Source: the human T2T-CHM13v2.0 reference genome, Homo sapiens. From it: 64,000 nt of DNA. The position numbers were made by a program, and so were the translations under genes. The notes under the pieces are model-generated. The model was not told where the DNA came from and searched no databases. It worked only from the letters and a program-made list of their open reading frames with translations. The stretch lies in assembly GCF_009914755.1 (NCBI RefSeq), contig NC_060928.1; one strand, 5' to 3'. Shown here piece by piece: positions 28,671 through 43,538 of the stretch; position 1 is the first letter of the stretch, and each line of letters starts with the position of its first letter.

Positions 28671-28859
28671 TTAAATTTTTCAATAGAATGACTTTTGTTT
28701 TTTTGGTAGTCACCTTGCTTAATAGTTTTGATTAGCAGTAGCTGAAAACGATGCCACAATTTTCATATTACTACATGAATAGGTCTGCCCATCTGACAAA
28801 TGCATAATTTTTGAACATTTTTTGAAGGTCTGATGGAATCTAAACACTGATTTCTATTT

Positions 28860-29392
28860 CGTAGTTGGCTGAATAATGGCCCTGCCAAGATGCCTGCATC
28901 TTGATTCCCTGAACATGTACCTTATGGCAAAAGGGACCTTGCAGCTGTAATTAAGTTAGGAATTTTGAGACATGGAGATTGTCCTGGATTATCTGAATGG
29001 CCCAATAAAATCACAAGTGTCCTTTATAAAAGAAGGCAGGGGGAGATTGAACCATAGAAGATGAGAGGATGATGGAAACTGAGGTTGCAATAATGCACTT
29101 TAAGATGGAGAAAGGGGCACCAAGACAAGAAATAGAGGCCTAGAAGCTGGAAATGCAAGTCTAGAGGCTGGGAAAATCAAGACACAGATTTTCCCCTGGA
29201 GAATCCAGAAAGAACACAGCGCAGCCAACAAATCAAGACACAGATTATCCCCTGGAGAATCCAGAAAGAACACAGCCCAGGCAACACCTTCACTTTAGGC
29301 TTCTGACATCCAGAACTATAAGATAAACTTGTGCTCCTTTAAGTCAATAAATATGGGGTAATTTGTTAAAGTTTCAATAGGAAACTCACACA
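28860..29392 (+). mobile_element. MLT1C/D LTR with a 56-bp internal tandem duplication
   Basis: 'gaataatggcc...ggcaaaagggaccttgcag...gagattgtcctggattatctg'...'gaaactcacaca'. Confidence 0.85.
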
Positions 29393-31349
29393 CTACTGCT
29401 TTAAAAGAAGGGCTGAAATTATATATTTTGGTGTTTTTCTCTTCCTCTCCTAAATTAAATAATTAGTTGAACAAATTATCGACCTATATTCTGACAATTT
29501 TTAGAGAGGGCAAGTTAGGGATTTTAACCTTATAATGTTTGTGGAGTCTCTGATCTGCAAGAATGTGATGAAAAAGGGAGAGGGGATGGGGTGAGAACAT
29601 CCCACTTAACCTGTAGTTACTTAAAGTAGAATTGCCTTAACAAATGAGATTGTCATCACCCTTCCCTTTACAAAAGTGACTGATGTCTTCAGCTGCTATT
29701 AATAAATGGTGCTGGCAATTCTACTGGGTTATTTGTTTCATGACCTTCCCAATCTTCACATTCTCTACATCTTAAAACTTTTCACTCATTCATGAACACT
29801 GCCTAATGCACCAGAACATTGCATTAGGTTGCTATCTGGCTCTCTAGATAAACATTAAAATAAAAGAGTCATTAGGAAGAGGTGAAAAAGATTACAGTAG
29901 AAAGAAAGGCCTTTTGTAAATTGCTTTCCAAGAGCTAGGCACCATTCCGGGAAAATGAAGGGCACTGTTCAATGGACTTTAACCTTCTCCTTTTGGTGGC
30001 ATAAAGTCCTTCTTTAGGACATCAACTATGCAAGCCAAGGATGAATATTTTGCCAGAATTTTTGCATTAAAATTGTAATCACTTAATATTTTGAGGTTAT
30101 CCAAAGATATTTGATTATATAGTGATGTTAAAATTTGCATTTTATGTTTATTATAATTAACAGAACAAGTCTGTCGAATATTTCTTTTGGAACTCATACA
30201 GCTACATTTTTTCCATATATTTGTGTCAATATAAGAAGAATTCCCATTTAGGAAAAGAAGTTGTTCTTTTATGAGTAAAACCTATGTTTTCAATACTATG
30301 ACTCCTCGGAAAATAAATATTCCTTACAAGATAAGAGTGATAGAAATTTGGACATGAGAAACCAAACATTCCTTATACATCACCTACCCTCAATGAAATA
30401 AACAAAGAAAATAAGACTTGGAAGAAATATTTTTAAATGTGAAGTAAAGTGAAATATAAAGAGAGATATATAATATATATGATTAAATCATGCCATTAAT
30501 GAATTATTAGAGCAGAGCCAAATTAGTTAAGTGTATGTGTAGGCTAAGCCCTTCTTTCTCTGATACATTAATCTATATGAAATCAGGTTTGGAAGAGCTT
30601 GCACATTTATTATATGCTACACAGGTGTGTGTACTACCCAACTCCTATTCTCCATTTGACACCATTGGTATGACACCATTTCATAAACTACAAGGAAATG
30701 GAATCCCTAAGGAGTACTTTGGTTAGAATTTCACAACTAGCACATGACAGAGATGAAATTAGAATCTGTCTTTTGATGCAAAAAGTATGCTCTTTTCTCA
30801 AGTAAGAGGTAGTCTAAAAAGCGAGTGTCAAAAGGGGAAAGGGAGTATTCCATTGAAATTCTTCTTTATGAAGTTAATGTGGAAGGGATAATATTTTGAG
30901 ATTTGTCAGATTACTGTATGAGTCTTGGTTCCATGTATGTGTGTATCACAACTGGTGGGTCACCTGAGTTTCTCAATGAAAAAATCCATCCACCAAAAAT
31001 TCCTTATCACAATCCCCTTTAAAAAAGGAGAAGTAATTACAATGGATCTATCAACCCAATGAAAATGAATCTATTACCATATGAAAAATCTGAAATTTAC
31101 AAAAAACATAGAACTGATAGGTAAATTACATGTGCATTTTTTTTTTTTTTTTGCTATTTGGTATATGATATTTTCTGGGAGAAAATTCATGTAATTGTTA
31201 TTTTGCAATAGCCAAAAAGATTATCACTGGCCTATGGAGACACTATATTGTATTAAACATATAAATATAATGTTAAGAAACATTTAAGTGTGCTAGTTGC
31301 CAGATAGAATTCTCAGATTTTTTATTTGTTATTTTTGTATAATGCATGC

Positions 31350-31520
31350 CAACACAGTCCTCACAGTTATTTATGCTGTTGGGTCTGTTATAATCCCTAT
31401 TGTACAGATTGAGAAACTGAGCACACAGAGGTACAGTAACTTATACAAAGTCACCAACATAGTGGCTGTACCTGGGATTCAAATCCAGGTGTCTTGGCTC
31501 CAGAGATCTTTGTGTTAATA
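31350..31520 (-). mobile_element. MIR fragment
   Basis: 'tacagattgagaaactgagcacacagagg...gggattcaaatccaggtgtcttggctccagag'. Confidence 0.75.
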
Positions 31521-31599
31521 TATGCTCAAATATATAATAATTTCTAATACAAGTTGAGTAGATTTTCTTAAGATATTAACAATTGTTTAAAAATGGAGA

Positions 31600-32500
<901 letters not shown>

Positions 32501-32532
32501 GAAAATAATATAGAAATTACATTATTTTGGTC

Positions 32533-32627
32533 CAGGGTTTCTCAATCTGGGCACTATTGACATTTTGCATCTGATAATTCTTTTGTGTGAGAGGGTGTCT
32601 TGTGAATTACAGAATGTTTAGCAGCAA
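32533..32627 (-). mobile_element. MER20 (hAT-Charlie) partial
   Basis: 'cagggtttctcaatctgggcactattgacattttg...gaatgtttagcagca' is the reverse complement of the MER20 3' half. Confidence 0.8.
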
Positions 32628-33644
32628 CTGGCAAAATGATGAAATGCTTTACTTTTCTGACACAAATGTGCTCTATAAATATTTGTTAACTGAACTAAGT
32701 TTACAGAATAAAATGGGATGAATGTCAAAAACATTTATGTGAAAAGTAATGGTGAATAAAATATGAGCAAACATCAGGCATTACATTGCTTAGCTTACAT
32801 CATAAAAATCAAGAGATAATGACAAGTTGATGGGTTATGACCTACTATTAAAGTAAGTATGCAAATCTATGCAGATAATAAAGAGGGAAGCTAAAAATAA
32901 ATTTGGTATACTTTGGGAGGAATGAGGAATAAGAAAAGCACAAAAGAAGGTATACTTTATGTATGTGTATGAAAAATAGCTTCCCATATTAATAAAAAAC
33001 AGGAAGCAAACAAAACAAAACAGAAATGCAAATAAACAAAACCCAACATATTAGTGGGACAAGTCAATGGTTGTGAAAGTCATACCATTATCTTTTACTC
33101 TTATATCATTCAATTTATTATTTACTTTATTTAAAACAAAAATTATAGATTTTATGGAAGAAAATCTGAAAATAACAAAATGGTTGTGCTATGTAATTAA
33201 TTGGTTGTCTCATGGGAAACCTAACATCCTCTTCAGGAACACTGAATGCTGAATGAGAAATTGATAGATGAGTTTTTAGGAGCTGCTCCCATAGAAAAGT
33301 CTAAGTTATGGCATGGTGCAATAAGGCTTACATTTTGGAAATATCATTTTCAGGACTGAATAAATGATAGGTCAAAGAGGTACTATATCAGAGATACAAA
33401 TTCAATTAGTAGGTTATTTTGGGTGAGAATAGCTGCGGATTTGAAGGGAAGGACAAACAGACCGATGAGAAACTTGGGAAACAGGAGGGCCAGGATGTGG
33501 GAACAAATTCTATATGAGAAGTAGAAAAAGAGAACGTCTAGCATGACCTCTGTGATCAACTGCGAGAGGTAATATAGGAAAAGAAAGAGTTTTATTTTAG
33601 GAGAAAGAAAAAATCAGTTTTTGAAAATGTTGACTATGAGGGCA

Positions 33645-34001
33645 TGTTTTAGTTCATCTGCACTGCTATAACAAAACACCATCAGCTAGGTGGCTTATAA
33701 ACAAAAGAAATATATTTCTTCCCATTTTGGAGGCTAGAAACTGCAAGATCAAGGCACTGGCAGATTTGCTATCTGGTGAGGCCCACTTATTGGTTCATAG
33801 AAATGGTGCCTTCTCACATGGTGAAAGTGAGAACTTTGGTCTCTTTCGCCCCCTATAAGGGCACTAATCCCATTTACAAGGTCTCCATTCTCAAGACCTA
33901 ATCATCTCCCAAAAGGCCCCACTCCTAATATGATCACCTTGGGGGTAAGGATGTCAACCTATGAATTTTTGGGGGGGAACCTAAACATTCAGACCATAGC
34001 A
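33645..34001 (-). mobile_element. MLT1A0-like solo LTR
   Basis: 'gctataacaaaacacc...caagatcaaggcactggcagattt...aaacattcagaccatagca'. Confidence 0.87.
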
Positions 34002-34215
34002 GGATCTGCTGTTTGTTCACACAGATGTTGAAAGATTCAAAGAGTTATATAGAAATATAAATTTGTCGAAAATATTCAGTCTAGTGCTATTATTTTCAAG
34101 ATAATATTATGAATGTGGTAAGTGGTATGTTATTCAGGGCTCTAAGCACTTAGCTATGTCAACTTGAAATATTATTTATTTTCCACACTAATAAAATGAA
34201 ACAAAGTTAGGATAA

Positions 34216-34562
<347 letters not shown>

Positions 34563-36479
34563 CTAAAACTTCTTACTGAAATTAGTCTAGTATTGACAGT
34601 AACTAGATACATAGAGACTGAGTTGTAGTCTGTATGTCAGAGTTATGTGTATTCCAATCAGCTCTCTCTATAATTGGTACTTCATAATGCAAATGCTAAA
34701 CTGAGTCTGGAGTTTTCAGAGTTGTATAGTCTCTGACAAAATGCCCCTCATTTGTTTTTATTATTGTGTTCATGGACTATATATTATGTACTAATGCCCA
34801 ATATGTTCCTGATTTTAAGTGAAGCCATTTATCTTATTTATTTTCAATCCATTTATAACATATTGTTAATTTAAAAATATCTTCAGGACAACTGGTTGAG
34901 TTAGGAGGAAATGTGCCTGGGACTCCAGGGGATGTTTCTAGATAGAGAAGTAGAATTTTGGCCTGAGCACATTTTTGTGGCTTAGATTGATACTGTCTTC
35001 TTCAGTGTTTATTTCCTGAATTAATCCTGATTGCTCAAAACACAGTTAATTTTCCTGTTGTTTTTTGTCTGCCTCTCCGGTCTAGACTGGAAATATGTCT
35101 TCTCTAAACATTTGGTAAATAGCCCAACCTGAAACTCCTTTACCAAATCTATATACAGCATTTCCCCAGGAAAAATACTAAATTTGACCACTATACCCAA
35201 AAGGAAAATCTTAGCAACCTTTCCAAATTTAAACATTATGATTTTTCCAACAAGGATCTTTGGAAGCAAAGATGTATGGAGTTTGCATATTTTGGTTTAC
35301 AGAAACTCAAACTGAAATTTGATTCACCTTACTTTTCATTAAGTACAAGGAAGAGAATAATCCAGGCTTTTCCTAGAATTAAATATAATCTCTTTCCAAC
35401 TGTATTCTGTGAATTTAAAAGCACTTCAAGTGATTAAAAATAACTTTGTATCTATAACTCAGTCACAGTGCATATGATCACAGCACAGCTGACTTTTATC
35501 ACATGTGATATCTTACAAATAAATGGCCTTGTCTGTGAGAGAGAGGAATTTTAGATTTATAAAATTGAAGATTAAAACTAAGCAAATTCCAGGTTCTATT
35601 TTAAAGTCTGTGCTTTAGCAAAATACTTTCCAAGTAATGTTGATTAGAGAGCAATGCATATTCAACTAGTTTAAGATTTTTTTATTTGCATTGATGGTTT
35701 TGCTCATTTAAAAACACAGTTTAGTACTTTAGTCCAGGTTATAATCTATATTATTAGAGCTATAGATTACTTGAAAATTAAATATTACTTTTATCACTCA
35801 TTATTATTGTTAAACTTGAAAACTTTACACAGTATAAGAATTGGTTCATTAGAGAGAGGGATGGATTACTTTGTGGTCTCTCATGCAAATTATGTGTGTT
35901 TGCATCTTTCTAAATGTACCGGGGAGGCTATTTTAATAATGTTTGGAAATGAAGATTTTGGAAAAAGGGAAAGGAGCTAATAACTATTCAGTCTTGTGTT
36001 AAATTAACATTAGAAAAAGCTCCTGGAATTTGAGTGGATTTATGAACTATAAAAATATTCAATTTTTGAGATGGATTGACCTATACCTCACAATTTTAAG
36101 AGTTTGATTTTGAACACCTTAGTAAAATTAAACTTCTCCTGATCACAGCATTTTGTATTACTAAAAGATGTACAAATACAGTAATGTTTAGAATTGTTGC
36201 TCTATATATTAAATAGCATTTGAAAAATATTTTTCAAATGGACATATTTTACTTGACTTTTAATTAAATTTTGTATGTGGTAGTAGTCATGAATATAAAT
36301 AGTTTGCCTGCATGACAGTTGTTGGCATACTTCTATGAATAGCCCAGAATCCCCATACAAAATAGATACAGTCACCAAGATAAGCATAACGGAAAGACTA
36401 CAGGCATCATCTTCAATACAATTATATAATAAACTATGCTGATGTAAGTGGGGTCAAACAAAAAACAGTAATAAAAGGC

Positions 36480-38290
36480 ATGATTTCAACAAATCTATAA
36501 CAGAAAGCAGATACAGGAAATAATCTTCAAATGGGCCTGAGAGCAGAAGAACCCAAAAATCACCCTCATTTGTTATGAAAAGCTTGATGGGCAAATCCAG
36601 AAGAGTCCAGCTAAAAAGACATCTACAAAGGCTACCTTTCCAAGGAAGTGAATGGTGACCATGAAAATTTTAGGCAATGTTAAGATGGTATGGTTCTTAT
36701 GCAGTTTTTTAGTTAATTAACTCATTTTTAGGATAAAGCTCCAGACATAGGTGTAATTGCTGTCAATAGACTTTGCACTGAGCAGAAAATAGATACTGGG
36801 CACAAATGGTAAACATAGTCCATAAAAAAGTCAGCAAAACAAACAAACAAAAAACAGAGCTAGCCTGTCTCAGAAAATGCAAGGCTGTGTTTTTAAATTT
36901 TATAATAATAGAAGATATTTTTCTAGAGTCATGTGACTAAATGACATTTTTACCCTACCCTTCCCTTCTAAGAGTCTGGGAAAACTTATTTCACTTGGAA
37001 ATGAACAACTAAAATATATATAAATGGAACCTACACTAAATTCCTATAAGGAAAAAAAGGAAATGAGCAAAATAAAACACCTATAGACATTTAAGTCATT
37101 TCAAAAAAAACCAAGCACAAAATAAGATTTATAAGCTAATATTTTAAGCAGTTAAAAAGTTATTAATAGCACAATGGAAATCAGAATTAGAAAAGATTGT
37201 TAATAAAAAATAATATGAATGAAAGACAAACAGAATTCAGAAAATAATTGGAAATGAAAGTAAAAGGTCAATTTCATAGGTAAATTTAAACCAGAATGAA
37301 AACAACAGTTATGTCATAAGGGACATAAGGAGATATATACATATGCGTGTGTATGTGGCTTATGATATATCTTTCATATATATACAGCACATAACTGTAT
37401 AATAGTAGTAACTGCAGAAAAAGAATAGCAAACAACAGTGAAGCAAATACTAAAGAAAATAAGAAAATTTCCTCGGAATAAAAGACTCAAAATCAAATTT
37501 TGAAAGAATACAATACACACCTTTAATAACCCATAAATACTGATTGTTACAATAATTATGGCCTTTAAAGAAATAAAAATCCTTCTGGCATTCTCACAAA
37601 AAGATGAAGTCATTAATACGAAAAAAAATATCAGACTGTTATAGAAATTAATGAAAGCAATATTTTAAGCCAGGAAACAATGTAATATTATATTTAAGAA
37701 GATTTAGAAAAGAAAATGTGAGCCAACAGTTACAAATCTACTCAAATTGATATTTAAATATAAAGTTTTTTTCAAAATACAAACATAGTGTTATTCACAC
37801 AGAATATCAGTTAATATTTTTTATGTGAGTCCTTCGTAAAAATATATTAAAGATGTATAGTACTATGTAAATGATTAAAAAGACACTGTCATAACTATTC
37901 ACAGTGAGCATTGGATAAAATTTTAGCAATAGAACTAAAATCTGTTTTGAGAGAATATAGACAGTGAAAGGAAAGCAGAATGAGTTCATATACTTTCCTA
38001 TAGATATTAAATGAGAGTAAAGTATCACATATCATGATAAATTATGTGCAGGGAGAGAGGAGAGGTTTTACTTAACAAACTTGCTTATAGTAGGAGACAA
38101 ATAGACATATCCAAAAAGAAAAAAAATAAAAGCATGAATTGCATATTCTGAAAAGTAATTACTACAAAGGTAATTATCATAAAAAATACAAACTTAGCTA
38201 AATAGCAAATACATGCACTGAGAACAAGAGTAAGAACAAGGATGAAAGAAAGATAAAAGAGACAAACACTACAGTAAAATGACATTTAAA
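36480..38290 (+). mobile_element. Ancient L1M/HAL1-like ORF1-region remnant
   Basis: Strongly A-skewed; 'aaaatatcagactgttatag...gccaggaaacaatg...gaaaatgtgagccaac' resembles the ORF1 C-terminus; boundaries uncertain. Confidence 0.45.
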
Positions 38291-38298
38291 GGCAAATA

Positions 38299-38633
38299 GA
38301 GTTTGAGTATTTCCTACTTGAAGCTCTTGTGACTAGATGTGTTTTGGATTTCAGATTTTTTCAAATTTTGGAAAATTTGCATATACATAATGAGATATCT
38401 TGGGAATGGAACCCAAGTCTGAAAACAAAATTCATTTATGTTTGATATGCAGCTTTTACACATAGACTGAACATAATTTTATAAAATATTTTTAATAACT
38501 TGATGCATGAAGCCAAGTTTGTGTTAAGTATTTATCTGTGGGATTTTACATTGTGGTGTCATGTTGGTGATCAAAAGTTGTGTATCCTAGAGATTTGGGA
38601 TTTCAGATTTTCATATTAGGGATGTTCAGCATG
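38299..38633. mobile_element. Tigger4b/MER46-type DNA transposon
   Basis: TIR-like 'gtttgagtatt...ttggatttcagatttt' and 'ggatttcagattttcatattagggatgttcagcatg', TA-flanked. Confidence 0.8.
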
Positions 38634-38644
38634 TATAGCTGTTG

Positions 38645-39545
38645 CAGAGGAGTGACATCAGAGTGATGGTAGAGTAGAAGGTGCCATCCTTCTTCTCCCC
38701 CACCCCCCACCTAACACACACACAAATACAACAGCTATCGCTGAACAAAAATATCCCTGGGAGTGTTCAAGAGTTCATTTAAAAACCTGCAGCCACAGAG
38801 TGATGTGAAAGTAGAAAACAATTGCACAGAAAGGACCCCTGAGGTAATTGGCATACCTGAGTCATTGGGAAATGGCTAGGAACAAAGATGAAGAGGAGAA
38901 CTATCAGTGTAAGCTGACCCAGAAAGACTGATTGTTAAGATACCATGGGTGATACACAGTGGGTGCTACCATGAGTCCCAGTTGCCTGCTTTATGGAGAA
39001 CCCAAGCAGCCTTTGCCATTGAGGACCTCAACAGCACATATGATACTTGGGGGCTTCATGGAGCTTTCACAGCAGTGGTCCCATTAGTGTTCATTGGTGT
39101 GGACCCTAGTAGCCTATTTTACAGAGAATACTGGCAGCTTTTGCCACTGAGGTACCCAGATGTGGCTACCATAGGCCCTCTGGAGAGAGAAGCTGCTGTA
39201 CCTCGAAGAAGAAGCTGCTGCTGTGTCTTCTCAAATTGGGGCCACCAACTCCCCAGACCTGTGCAGACTCCAGACCCAAGAGTCACAGCCACCTTGCATG
39301 TGCCCATGCTCTAGATCCTGGATCTGTTGATATTTCACATGCATTCATGCCTTGCACACAATACTAACACTGCAGTGGAAGTCCCTGCTCTCTTGGAACT
39401 GGTGCCACCATCTTTTTAGACACAAGAACTGCAGTACATCCATATTCACTCACACTCCAGCCTCTGGTTCCATGGCTGCTCTACAGGAACCATTCATCAA
39501 AACCAATATCATCACCACAGTAAGCACACTGACAAGCTGGATCCA
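38645..39545 (+). mobile_element. 5'UTR of the host L1MA-type LINE
   Basis: Starts 'gagtgacatcagagtgatggtagagtagaagg', typical of an L1M 5' end; GC-richer and internally repetitive. Confidence 0.55.
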
Positions 39546-41195
39546 GCTATTCTGCAACCTCCACTGGTGATATCCAGGTGAACAGGGTCTGGAGTGGACC
39601 TCCAGCAAACTGCAGCAGACCTGCAGAAGAGGGGCCTGATTGTTAGAAGAAAAACTAACGAACAGAAAGCAACAACATCAACATCAACAAAAAGGACCCC
39701 TACACAAAAACCCCATCGAAAGGTCATCAGCCTCAAAGATTAAAGGTGGATAAAGCCACAAAGATGAGGAAAAACCAGTGCAAAAATGTTGAAAATTCCC
39801 AAAGCCATAATGCCTCTTCTCTTCCAAATGATCACAACTCCTCTCTAGGAAGGGCACAAAACTGCACAGAGAATGAGTTTGATGAGTTGACAGAAGTAGG
39901 CTTCAGAAGGTGAGTAATAACAAATCCCTCTGAGCTAAAGGAGTGTTTTCTAACCCAATGCAAGGAAGCCAAGAACCTTCATAAAAGGTTACAGGAATTG
40001 CTAACTAGAATAACCAATTGGAGAGCAACATAAATGACCTGATGGAGCTGAAAAATACAGTACGAGAACTTTGTGAAGCATACACAAATATCAATAGCTG
40101 AATAAATCAAGCAGAAAAAATACCAGTGGTTGAAGATCAACTTACTGAAATAAGGTGTGAAGACAAGATTAGAGAAAAAAGAATGAAAAGGAATGAACAA
40201 AGCCTTCAAGAAATATGGGACTATGTGAAAAGACCAAACCTGTGATTGATTGGTGTACCTGAAAGTGATGGAGAGAATGGAACCAAGTTGGAAAACGTAC
40301 TTCAGAATATTATCCAGGAGAATTTCCCCAACCTAGCAAGACAGGCCAACATTCAAATTTAGGAAATACAGAAAACAATACTAAGATATTCCTCGAGAAG
40401 AGCAACCCCAAGACACATAATCATCAGATTCTCCAATGTTGAAATGAAGGAAAAAATGTTAAGGGCAGCCAGAGAGAAAGGTCAGGTTACCTACAAAGGG
40501 AAGCCTATCAGACCAACAGTGGATTTCTCTGCAGAAATCCCACAAGCCAGAGTGGGGGCCAATATTCAACATTCTTAAAGAAAAGAATTTTCAACCCAGA
40601 ATTTCATATCCAGCCTAGCTGAGCTTCATAAACGAAGGAAAATAAAATCCTTTCCTGACAAGCAAATGCTGAGGGATTTTGTCACCACAAGGCCTGCCTT
40701 ACAAGAGCTCCTGAAGGAAGCACTAAATATGGGAAGGAAAAACTGGTACCAGCCACTGCAAAAGCACACCAAAATATAAAGATGAATGACACTGTGAAGA
40801 AACTGCATCAACTAATGTGCAAAATAACCAGCTAGCATCATGATGACAGGATCAAATTCACACATAAAAATATTAACCTTAAATGTAAATGGGCTAAATG
40901 CCGCCAATTAAAAGACACAGATTGGCAAATTGGGTAAAGAGTCAAGACCCATTGGTGTTCTGTATTCAGGAGACCCAGCTAATGTGCAAAGACACACATA
41001 GGCTCAAAAGAAAGGGATGGAGGAATATTTACCAAGAAAATGGAAAGCAAAAAAAAAAAAAAAAAAAAAAAAAGCAGGGGTTGCAATCTTAATCTAATTT
41101 AAATAGACTTTAACAGAGATGAAAAGACAAAAAGAAGGGCATTACATAATGGTAAAGGAATCAATGCAACAAGAGAGCTAACTATCCTAATATAT
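39546..41195 (+). mobile_element. L1PA8-like (L1P3) segment B: end of 5'UTR, dead ORF1 (ATG 39764), start of ORF2 (ATG 40843)
   Basis: ORF1 MRKNQCKNVENSQSHNASSLPND... with premature TGA; ORF2 MTGSNSHIKILTLNVNGL, then PIKRHRLANWVKSQDPLVFCIQET (endonuclease). Confidence 0.92.
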
Positions 41196-41452
41196 TAATT
41201 TTAAAATAGTTTTTCTAATTCTGTGAAGAATGTCATTCGTAGTTTGATAGGAATAGCATTGAATCTGTAAATTTCTTTGGGCATCTTGGCTATTTTGACA
41301 ATATGAATTCTTCCTATCCATGAACATAGAATGTTTTTCCATTTGTTTATGTCATCTGTGATTTCATTCAGCAGTGTTTTCTAATTCTCATTGTAGGTAT
41401 CTTTCAGCTCCCTGGTTAGCTTTATTCCAAGATATTTTATTCTCTGTGTGGC
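41192..41452 (-). mobile_element. L1PA13-16 (L1P4) ORF2 fragment, inverted
   Basis: 'ctgtgaagaatgtcatt...gataggaatagcattgaatctgtaaatt...cagcagtgttttctaattctcattgtag'. Confidence 0.8.
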
Positions 41453-42014
41453 CTTTGTTAAAAGAAATTTAGAGACCAATATTACAGTATTATAGTATTC
41501 TGAATTTCATTATATACATACTTTTACCTGTGATTTCTATATTTTAAAAATTTTCATTAATTACAGCTTGATGGACTCTCTTTAGCCTTTCTTATGAGGT
41601 AGTACTAGTGGTGATCAACTCCCTCAGCTTTTGTACAAATAAGAACGTCTTTCTCTTTGTTTTATTTCTGAAGGCCAGCTTTGTCAGGTATAATATTCTT
41701 TATTGGCTTATTTTTTGTTGTTGTTCATTCAGCACTTTGAATATATCATTACATTCTTTCCTGGCCTATATGTTTTCTTCTGGGACATTCATTGATAGCC
41801 TTATAGAAATTCCCTTGCATATGACAAAATTTCTTCTACTGTCTTCAGTTTTTTCTTTCTCTTTGATTTTTGATAATTTTATTGTACATATATTGGTAAG
41901 ACCTCTTTGAATTTAACTTGTTTGGGAATATTTTCAGCTTTAAGTATGTGGCTGTTCATATCTTTCCTAAGACTTGGGAAGTTTTCAGCCATTAATTCTT
42001 TAAATAAGCTTTTT
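41453..42014 (-). mobile_element. Host L1MA ORF1 3' part / ORF2 start, inverted
   Basis: Minus translation 'KSLFKELMAENFPSLRKDMNSHI' (ORF 41879-42100) is L1M ORF1p sequence. Confidence 0.8.
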
Positions 42015-43115
42015 GGGGCAGGATGGCCATACAGGAACAGCTCCAATCTGGAGCTTCTAGCAAGACCAATGCAGAAGGAGAGTGGTTTCTGCATTTCCAA
42101 CTAAGGTACCCAGTTCATCTCACTGGGACTGGTTAGGCAGTGGGTGTAGCCCACAGAGGGCTAGCAGAAGCAGGGTGGGGCACTGCCTCACCCAGGAAGT
42201 GCAAGGAGCTGGGGGACCTCCCCCCTCAGCCAAGGGAAGCTGTGAGGGACTGTGCTATGTGGCATGGATACTATGCACTTCTTGCAGTTTTTGCAATCTG
42301 CAGATGAGGAGATTCCCTCGTCTGCCTACACCACCAGGGCCCTGGGTTTCAAGCACAAAATGGGTGGTTGTTTGGACAGACACTGAGCTAACTGCAGGAG
42401 TTTTTTTTTCGTACTCCAGTGGCACTTGGAATCCCAGCGAGACAGAACCATTCACTCCCTTGGAAAGGGGGCTGAAACCAGAGAGCCATGTGGTCCCACT
42501 CAGCAGGTCCCACTTCCATGGAGCCCAGCAAGCTATGAACCACTGGCTTGAAATTCTCACTGCCAGCACAGAAGTCTGAAGTTGACATGGGACAATTGAG
42601 CTTGATGGGGGCAGGGGCATGGGCCATTACTGAGGATTTAGCATGCAGTTTTCCCCTGATAGTGCTGAGGAGCCTGGGAGGATTGGACTGGGTGGAATTC
42701 ACCACAATGTGGCAAAGCGCTGTGGCCAGATGGCTTCTCTAGATTCCTCCTTACTGGGCAGGGAATTTCTAAAAGAGAGGCAGCAGCCCCAGTCAGGGGC
42801 TTACAGATAAAACTCCCATATCCCTGGGACAGAACACTTGGGGAAAGGGGTGGTTATGGGAGCAGATTCAGTGGACTTAAACTTTCCTTCCTGCTGGCTC
42901 TGAAGAGAGCGACTGATCCTGACAAGGAGGATTCTCCAGCACAGTGTTTGAGTTCTGCTAAGGGACAGACTGCCTCCTCAAGTGGGTCCCTGACCCCCAT
43001 GCCTCCTGACTGGGAGAGACCTCCCAACAGGGGTCAACAGACACCTCATGTAGGAGAGCTCTGGCTGGCATCAGGCCAGTGCTCTTCTGGGATGAAACTT
43101 CCAGAGGAAGGAGCA
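42015..43115 (+). mobile_element. L1PA8-like (L1P3) segment A: 5' end and most of the 5'UTR promoter
   Basis: Starts 'ggcaggatggccatacaggaacagctcc...ttctgcatttccaactaaggtacc'; ends 'cttccagaggaaggagca'. Confidence 0.9.
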
Positions 43116-43290
43116 TGTGACACACCTGCTCCTTCTTTGCTTTCTGTCATGATTAGAAGTTTCCTGAGGCCTCCCCAGAAGCAGATGCCATTATGCTTCC
43201 TGTACAGGCTCCTGAACCATGAGCCAACTCTTTTCTTATAAACTACTCAGTCTCCCATATTTCTTTATATCAATGTGAGGATGAATACAC
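43114..43290 (+). mobile_element. MSTA/MSTB LTR, 3' half only
   Basis: 'catgtgacacacctgct...ttcctgaggcctccccagaagcagatgcc...atttctttat'. Confidence 0.8.
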
Positions 43291-43538
43291 CATATGTTCT
43301 CATTTATAAGTAGGAATGAGGCACTAGTACACATGTACATAGAGAAGGAAATAACACACACCACTGCCCACTTGAGAGTTGGAGGAGGACAAGGATTGAA
43401 AAACTACCTATGAGTTACTATGTTTATTACCTGGGTAGTGCAATAATTTGTACACCAAACCCCTGTAACACACAATTTACCTATGTAACAAACCTGTACA
43501 TGTACCTATGAACATAGAGTAAAGGTTAAAATTAAAAA
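43290..43538 (+). mobile_element. L1PA15/16-like 3' end
   Basis: 'gaaaaactacctat...tattacctgggt...tgtacaccaaaccc...caatttacctatgtaacaaacctg'. Confidence 0.82.

Noticed and set aside
39764-41195. L1 ORF1/ORF2 as functional CDS
   Set aside because: Premature stops, frameshifts, an expanded A-run at ~41049-41073 and truncation in the endonuclease domain
42082-42705. Longest ORFs in the window (165, 121 and 105 aa)
   Set aside because: They lie in the GC-richer L1PA 5'UTR; chance open frames with no recognisable domain
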